This document shows, in pieces, positions 57,220 to 64,000 of a stretch of 64,000 nt of DNA. The DNA comes from Macrostomum lignano (taxonomy: Eukaryota). Location: assembly GCA_002269645.1 (NCBI GenBank), contig NIVC01003171.1, positions 1 through 64,000 of the forward strand, given 5' to 3'. How positions within the stretch are numbered: position 1 is the stretch's first letter; every line of letters starts with the position of its first letter. Below the pieces are notes generated by a model. It searched no databases. It was given only the letters and a program-made list of their open reading frames with translations, and was not told the DNA's origin. The translations under genes were made by a program, and so were the position numbers.

Positions 57220-58804
57220 ATGAGAACTAACCAAAATTTAGTACTTGTGGCATTGCGAATGTGTACTAATCACTGTGGCGTATCTACTTCGGAAACAAAA
57301 CTGGACCCATTCAAAGTGTACTAATATCACTGTGGCGCATTTACTTCGGTAACAAAACTGGACCCATTCAAAGATGCAACTGCTTGGGAGAAAAAATTTG
57401 GTAGCTTCAGAGTCACTGCCAACAAGGCCCAACAATTTGACCGCTTCAAAAGTACATCTCATTCGAAACAAAGGCCTGACCGCTGCAGAGTCGCTGCCAA
57501 CGCTGATCGATGTCGAAATGATCAAGAACTGTCCTCCGTTCAACGAGCTCCACAACGTCGACTTCACGAACCCCAGCCTGCGGCACCGGCTGTGTCAGGA
57601 GACGCTGGCCTACCAGTTAGTCAGGGGCAAGTTTCCTCTGTGCGAGCTGAACAGGAACTTACCGCAGCAGATGTACACCATTGTCAGACAAGGGTCTCCT
57701 CTAGCCAATGTGGCCCGAGCGATGGGCGGCGGCCGAATGCCGATATTCACATTCGGCAAGTTAAGGAGGACATGATTTCCAGACTATTGATAAAAAACGG
57801 CGCATGGGAAGCTGACTCTATTCGGACGATGCTCAACCTGTTACAGAAGCTTCCGAAAAACTCTGCGACGTTCCTCGATATCGGCAGCAACATTGGCATC
57901 TACAGCCTGCAGGCCAGAGAGCTCGGGTATCCCGTGGTGGCCATCGATGCAAACATTCGCACACTGGTCAGGCTGCAGATGTCAGCGAAGCAGCTGAACT
58001 TGCTTGACGACAAGCTGAGGCTCTTCTGGGGCTTCATCAGAGCGACGACGTGGCAGTCAAGCGGATCAGTTGGGACGCTGACAGCATGAATTGCAATGTT
58101 GGAGGCGGCTCGGGCGGATCGACTGACTGGAAATGGCAGGCCACGAAGTTAATCGAGGACACGATTTCCGTGACCACTGTTAAAGCGGACGAGCTTCGAG
58201 CGCACATCGGCACCAAGAATGTGGTCATCAAGATGGATATCGAGTCTGGTGAGCACCTGTTCATGAAGACTGGTGAGAAGCTGTTCAGAGAGCGATCAAC
58301 ATCATGGCGCTGCAGATGGAGTTCTGGAGGAAAAAAATCAGTAACCGACCGCAATTGTCCGAACATTACGAGTTTGTGACTCACTTCATGACCTCGAGGA
58401 ACTTCTCTCTGCTGTCCATGAGCTTCCAAGTGCAGAACATCGCTATATTCAACGAATGGGACGGACTGTGGGTCAGAAACGAATTTCAGCAAGACACGGA
58501 GGCCAGATCTCAGATTTCTATGGCTCAGCCGAGACAATTGCAGCAAGACACGGAGGCCAGATCTCAGATTTCTATGGCTCAGCCGAGACAATTGCAGCAA
58601 GACACGGAGGCCAGATCTCAGATTTCTATGGCTCAGCCGAGACAATTGCAGCAAGACACGGAGGCCAGATGTCAGAATTCTATGGCTCAGCCGAGACAAT
58701 TGCAGCAAGACACGGAGGCCAGATGTCAGAATTCTATGGCTCAGCCGAGACAATTGCAGCAAGACACGGAGGCCAGATGTCAGAATTCTATGGCCATAGA
58801 CTAA
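57220..58804 (+). CDS. FkbM-family (Methyltransf_21) SAM-dependent methyltransferase, intronless, with several frameshifts; C-terminus runs into the 54-bp repeat
   Basis: DMISRLLIKNGAWE, FLDIGSNIGIYSL..GYPVVAIDAN, VVIKMDIESGEHLF..LFRE.NI..LQMEFW are spread over four frames (shifts near 57765, 58045, 58295). Possible N-terminal signal anchor near 57220-57320. Confidence 0.8.
58487..58796. repeat. 54-bp minisatellite, left block (~6 copies; encodes QQDTEARSQISMAQPRQL)
   Basis: Unit CAGCAAGACACGGAGGCCAGATGTCAGAATTCTATGGCTCAGCCGAGACAATTG. Confidence 0.95.
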
Positions 58805-58869
58805 AAAATGGAATATCAAAATGAGAATAAGACGCATTTTATCAAAATGATATAAGAATAAAATGAGAA

Positions 58870-60041
58870 TCCGCCTGGGTTACCAAAGACTGTGTTCAAA
58901 AAGTTGTTAGGCTTCGCTACCTCTGGCATCTTCATGTTTGATGACAAATATTATCGCCAGATTGATGGTTGTGCCATGGGAAGCCCGCTTGCTCCTACTC
59001 TGGCCAATGTTTGCATGGCGCACTGGGAAACGGAGTGGATGTCGCTTGAGTGTGCGCCAACTTTCTACAAGCGCTATGTTGATGACACTTTTGTCATTTT
59101 TGATGACCGGGCTAAGTACCAAGAGTTTTTTCGGGCTCTGAATTCAACCCACAGCAACATCCAATTCACCGTTGAGATGGGAGGTAAAAAACTTCCGTTT
59201 CTCGATGTTGAGGTTGATCTGAGCAGTGGCCAAGTCTCTACTCGGGTTTATCGCAAGCCCACGTTTACTGGTTTACTGTTGAATTTCAATGCCCTCTGTC
59301 CGAAACAGTGGAATATTGGCCTGATCCATTGTATGCTGCACAGAGCTTACTCTCTGTGTAGTTCCTGGGCTGCGTTTGATGAGGAGGTGACAAATTTGAC
59401 TAGGATTTTCAGTATGAACGGATACCCAAAAAATCTCATTAGTCGGTTGATTTTCAAGTTTGTCACTGATAAGGTTACTGGCAGACTGCAACAGAATCAT
59501 AGTAAAAAGCCGGATGACCCCGTGATGATCTTGCCGTTCTATGGTATCCGTCTATCTTGTTGAAAAAGAAGCTTGAGAGATCTTTTCGGAAATGGTACAA
59601 CACTCCGATTAGGATTGTCTTTCGCACTGCCAAGGTGGGTCAATTTGTCAGCAATCTCAAGTCCCATGTTCCTCGTGCTCTAGTTGCAGGTGTCGTCTAT
59701 AAATTTTGTTGTTCTGAAGATCAGAATATCTCTTACGTGGGAAAAACCAAAAGACACCTGCACACCAGAGTTAGGGAGCATTGGCTGAAAAAATCTGCTA
59801 TCCAGGACCACCTTCTGGAATGCAAGGGCTGCTGTGACAGAGAACAGATTGAATTGTTTAAAATTATCGACCGTGCTAACTCTGAATTCAAGCTTAGCAT
59901 TCTTGAAGCGCTGCACATCAAAGCTCAAAATCCCAGTCTCAATGTGCAATTGCTACATAGTGGTGCGGGCCACCTTCTTAGGGTGTTTTGAGTTTGACTA
60001 TTTTTTGTTGCGCGTACATTTTGTTTTTTTACATCTGTTTG

Positions 60042-60078
<37 letters not shown>

Positions 60079-60260
60079 TTCTCGCTTAACTCCAACCCCT
60101 AGTTTTTTTATGTTTTTCGTACATTGGTTACCCTCCCGTTTTCAATTTGACACTTGAGATAGTACAATCGTTTGCTTATTTATATTGAGTGTTTCGTTCA
60201 GTGATAAAATATACCCTGACGACGGCCCTAGTGGGTTGAAACGCGTTGGTTTTCGCCTTA
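58870..60260 (+). mobile_element. 5'-truncated Penelope-like element (RT C-half plus GIY-YIG endonuclease)
   Basis: YRQIDGCAMGSPLAPTLAN, YKRYVDDTF, LPFLDV, VYRKPT, then GVVYKFCC..SYVGKTKRHLHTRVREH..LEALHIK..PSLN. One frameshift near 59560. Confidence 0.95.
60213..60250 (+). ncRNA. Minimal type I hammerhead ribozyme in the PLE 3' region
   Basis: ACC-CTGACGA-C-GGCCC-TAGT-GGGTT-GAAA-CGCGTT-GGT: conserved core, stem II, palindromic short stem III, stem I ACC/GGT. Confidence 0.75.
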
Positions 60261-60482
60261 AATGTTGATCTTAAGCTTTATTTAAAATCGTTGTTAAACT
60301 AGATATTAGACGTTAGACTGATGAACTGCATAATTTATATATTTTGCTTTCAAACTTGTATACATGCGAATGCGAATAACCGTCAAAAAGTTGGAGTAAA
60401 AACGGTTTTTGTCAAACTGCTAAACTGCAATATTTCAGTATCAAATTTTTCACTGACTGGCTTTATATTGGCTAGCAAATTT

Positions 60483-60670
60483 TGGCTGGCAAACTTCCGG
60501 CAGGCAAACGTCGGCTGGCAAACGTCCCGCAGGCAAACGTCCGGCAGGCAAACTTCGGCTGGCAAACGTCCCGCTGGCAAACGTCGGCTGGCAAACGTCG
60601 GCTGGCAAATGTCGGCTGGCAAACGTCCCGCAGGCAAACGTCGGCTGGCAAACGTCCCGCAGGCAAACGT
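60483..60670. repeat. 14-15-bp repeat (GGCTGGCAAACGTC / CCGCAGGCAAACGTC)n
   Basis: Directly visible. Confidence 0.9.
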
Positions 60671-60677
60671 CGCTATC

Positions 60678-61047
60678 CCCAGAATTATATGGCTTAGCCG
60701 AGACAATTGCAGCAAGACACGGAGGCCAGATGTCAGAATTCTATGGCTCAGCCGAGACAATTGCAGCAAGACACGGAGGCCAGATGTCAGAATTCTATGG
60801 CTCAGCCGAGACAATTGCAGCAAGACACGGAGGCCAGATGTCAGAATTCTATGGCTCAGCCGAGACAATTGCAGCAAGACACGGAGGCCAGATGTCAGAA
60901 TTCTATGGCTCAGCCGAGACAATTGCAGCAAGACACGGAGGCCAGATGTCAGAATTCTATGGCTCAGCCGAGACAATTGCAGCAAGACACGGAGGCCAGA
61001 TGTCAGAATTCTATGGCTCAGCCGAGACAATTGCAGCAAGACACGGA
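60678..61047. repeat. 54-bp minisatellite, right block (~7 copies)
   Basis: Same unit as 58487-58796. Confidence 0.95.
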
Positions 61048-63119
61048 AAGACTTAAAAACAATACGTGGTCGAACTGCACACACCAACTTGCCTCCCTTC
61101 CCACTCCACTCACCAATTCGCACACATTTTCCATAGCTTAGCGGCACTGGGCAAGCGAGTGAATGGCAGACTGTGTTCCAATCATAGTTCTAATCGATAA
61201 CTGTATCCGTACAGTCTGGTGGCGTGAAACTCCAATTCTTGTTCTCCATGTTAGACACCCAATAATATGTAGGCAGCTGCAAGTTTCCCGCTTGGACAGC
61301 TGTTTCCAGACGTTTAACAGACGGATCAACTCATCCGGGAATTCTCCCAACTCCATTTTCCAAACTGCGTCCGCACTTTCAATTGCAGCCCAGTTACTCG
61401 TATTCCATTTTCATTCCGTGTCCTCCCGTGCTTTATGAAGAAATTGCCCCGACTTCTGGGACACCTCTCGAAGTTTAAATTTAAAGCATATTTCAAATGA
61501 GTAATTTTAATTGCTGGAGGGAAAGCTTTTCACGCGGATGAAAGCGGGTCAATGAAACGTTTCAATCGCTTTTCGTTCGAGCTACCGCGTGCAGTGAGTT
61601 TTGTGTCTTAACTATTTTGTACACCTGCCTTGTTGTTTTTATTCTGCTGAAGCTTTTTGGGTGTTCATTTTACTGCTTTTGCTTTCCTCAAATAATGTGT
61701 GCTCGTCACTTGCCGGGGCGTTTAGCTCGAATTCTCGTCTCGTTCGGCAGCCTGCAGTCTGATTTCCTCCTATCGGTGAGTGCAGTATACGGATAAATAT
61801 AAAATTGCACAGTGCACGAAATAACAATAGAGGATTAAATGTCGCTGTACAGTTCAGATCAAAATGGGCCGGGAGGTGGTGAGCAAATCGAGGGCAGTCA
61901 GAGTCCAAGAGTCGCAAATTTAGGAATAGAAATATATCAAATGTTGATTTTAAGCTTTCTTGGCAGATTTGACCACGCTCACGGGGCGGCGGCCCCGCTA
62001 GGAGCTGGTCAATGAGCGCAGCATCGATGGTGCTCCAAGTCCAGACACTGTCGAGCTCATCGGCAGCGAGGTCTTGCTCTTCCCCGAAGACGATGACCAC
62101 CGGTTGGAGCTTGATCGCCGGTTGGAGCTGCACCTTTGAGGCGTTGTTGATTGCGGCGGTTCCCGAAGGCCCGGCCGCGCTGGCTCACCAGCGGGGTTAT
62201 ATCCTGGGGGCAGGGGTCACTGTGGCTCCTTTCGGCCCAACAGCAGCCTCGCCTCCCTTGGTTCCCCCTCCGCTGGTGGCCGGCTTCCCGTTGACGCCGT
62301 CGCCGCTCATTGTGGCGTTGGTTGCGGCAGCACGCCCGCGGTGCGCGTGTGGGCTTGTCGCCAGACGAGCCGGCGGCAAGCCCATCTGTGCAGGTGGGCG
62401 GCGGCGCTGGCTCCAGAATCACCGGCCGGAGTTGCCGGGGTCCCAGCTTCAGCGGGATTTTTAGAGGCGGAGGATGCCATAGCTGAAAGCGGGAAGGAGT
62501 GAGCTGAGTCACAAAAGAATGAGGAAAGAAGAGAAGAGAGAGAAGGACCGCTAGCGACCGGACAACCCCCCCCCGGCCTTCCAGCCCATCGGCACGGTCA
62601 AACACCTTAGGCATTTGGGGGTATGTTTAAGCAGTACCACGGCCTGCAGGCTGGCAAGCCAGACCCGCATACCAAGTTCGGCAAAAGCCACTGGATGGGT
62701 CCCAGCGCCGGAGCCCAGTCTGTCCAGCAGCCTAGGGTCTGCCTTGAACACACGCGGGGACGAGTACCCCTGGTCGACTTGCGAGACAGCGTGGGGGAGT
62801 CTGCGGCTGCCAGAGGCAAATACCGTAGAGGGTGCAGACCTCCCACCAGCCTTGACCTGCTGAAGATAGGGGCAGGCGTGAAGCATCGTAGATCTTAGCC
62901 CATAGGCCTGGTCTGTCTCATACTTCACTGGCGTGCTGAATACACCTTTGCATGCTTTTTAGCTTTTTGTTACTACATTATTTTTCGATACTTTTGTACA
63001 CATATGAGCTAGTGCCCTTATTTTTAAAACTACCAGGTAGCTATCCCAGTACAATACTTTTATATACAATGCTCTTATGTCTAGAATTCTAGAGTACAAA
63101 ATCTTCACTGCGATTCCAC

Positions 63120-63405
63120 CTCGAGGCCAAGTTCCTTTCAAAACTGGCCTCCGCTGATGGCCAAATTCTTTCAAAACTGGCCTCCGCTGATGGCCAAATT
63201 CCTTTCAAAACTGGCCTCCGCTGAAGGCCAAATTCCTTTACTAACTGGCCCAACTGAGGCCAAGTTCCTTTACTAACTGGCCCCAACTGGAGGCCAAGTT
63301 CCTTTACTAACTGGCCCCAACTCGAGGCCAAGTTCCTTTGCAAACTGGCCCCAACTCGAGGCCAAGTTCCTTTGCAAACTGGCCCAACTCGAGGCCAAGT
63401 TCTTT
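63120..63405. repeat. 33-34-bp minisatellite (AGGCCAAGTTCCTTTGCAAACTGGCCCCAACTCG)n
   Basis: About 8 diverging copies visible. Confidence 0.9.
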
Positions 63406-64000
63406 CCTCAGCTGGCCTTCGCTCGCTAAATCTCTCTCCCAGTAGCGTAGCTAGGGGGGTTAGACGGGGGTAATATCCCCCATTTTGATGATTTATAGAA
63501 ACGAAAGTGAGGTTTTTTTTAAAAATGCAAAATAAGCGGCTCAGACTTAGCAAAATTGCCAAAACGGGCCTATTTCACTCGTAAATTGCTACGCTCGTAA
63601 TAAAATGTTTTAAACGATATTTCCGCAAATCCCTAGTTACTAAACTGCCCTAGTCAGGACAGACGTCTGCCGGCTTTATTCTGATTTTAACAAAAGTAAA
63701 GTTTTTTTAGCCTAAAAAACATAATTTTGATACTTTTTAAATGCATTTTTTTCAGGAAAAAATGAAAAAAACTATTTTATCAGTCAATTGTTTTGTCCCT
63801 AAAAGTTATCCCCCCTTTTCAAAATCCTAGCTACGCCACTGCGTCTCTCCCCATGCACGCGTCCCCCGCACGTCCCGCATTTGTTCCAGGCAGCCCTATA
63901 GGGATGCTGGACTGATTCAGCTCGCGGCGGCAACATCCTCGCCGTGACCTTGCATGGTTTGTCTTGGTCGTGTTGTGGGTACATGTGCAACATGCCGGTT

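Noticed and set aside
57374-58490. Bacterial contamination suggested by intronless FkbM and IS-like transposase
   Set aside because: Both are contiguous with eukaryotic PLE, minisatellites and spliced genes, and Merlin and FkbM-like genes are known in animals.

Overview
This is eukaryotic, intron-rich animal DNA. GC-rich exons, minisatellite-filled introns, (GACA)n/(GATA)n tracts and a divergent dynein light chain suggest a free-living flatworm such as Macrostomum; that is inference, not provable here. Host genes found: a DEG/ENaC channel (3' part), an SLC17/sialin-like transporter, a Suv4-20 H4K20 methyltransferase (minus), a progranulin with nine near-identical granulin modules, an LC8-type dynein light chain, a Q/P/K/D hexapeptide-repeat protein (minus), a ZFR-like DZF protein (minus) and an FkbM-family methyltransferase. 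Mobile DNA: a 6-kb gag-only LTR element, a mariner, a Tc1/Tc3-like deletion derivative, a Merlin (ISXO2-like) transposon, a 5'-truncated Penelope-like element with a hammerhead ribozyme, and two tRNA-SINE families. Two structures stand out. (1) The LTR U5 region carries a ~52-bp array of degenerate 'LTR end + tRNA-Leu primer-binding site' cassettes, with one more unit in the 3' LTR than in the 5' LTR. (2) A CRISPR-looking repeat/spacer array at 40.6-44.6 kb is best read as ten copies of one C/D-box snoRNA, each in its own intron of a non-coding host gene and guiding the 18S Gm601-equivalent site. Many genes carry 1-bp indels, often in short homopolymers, which look like long-read assembly errors. 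All annotation was done by eye; exon boundaries are manual calls.
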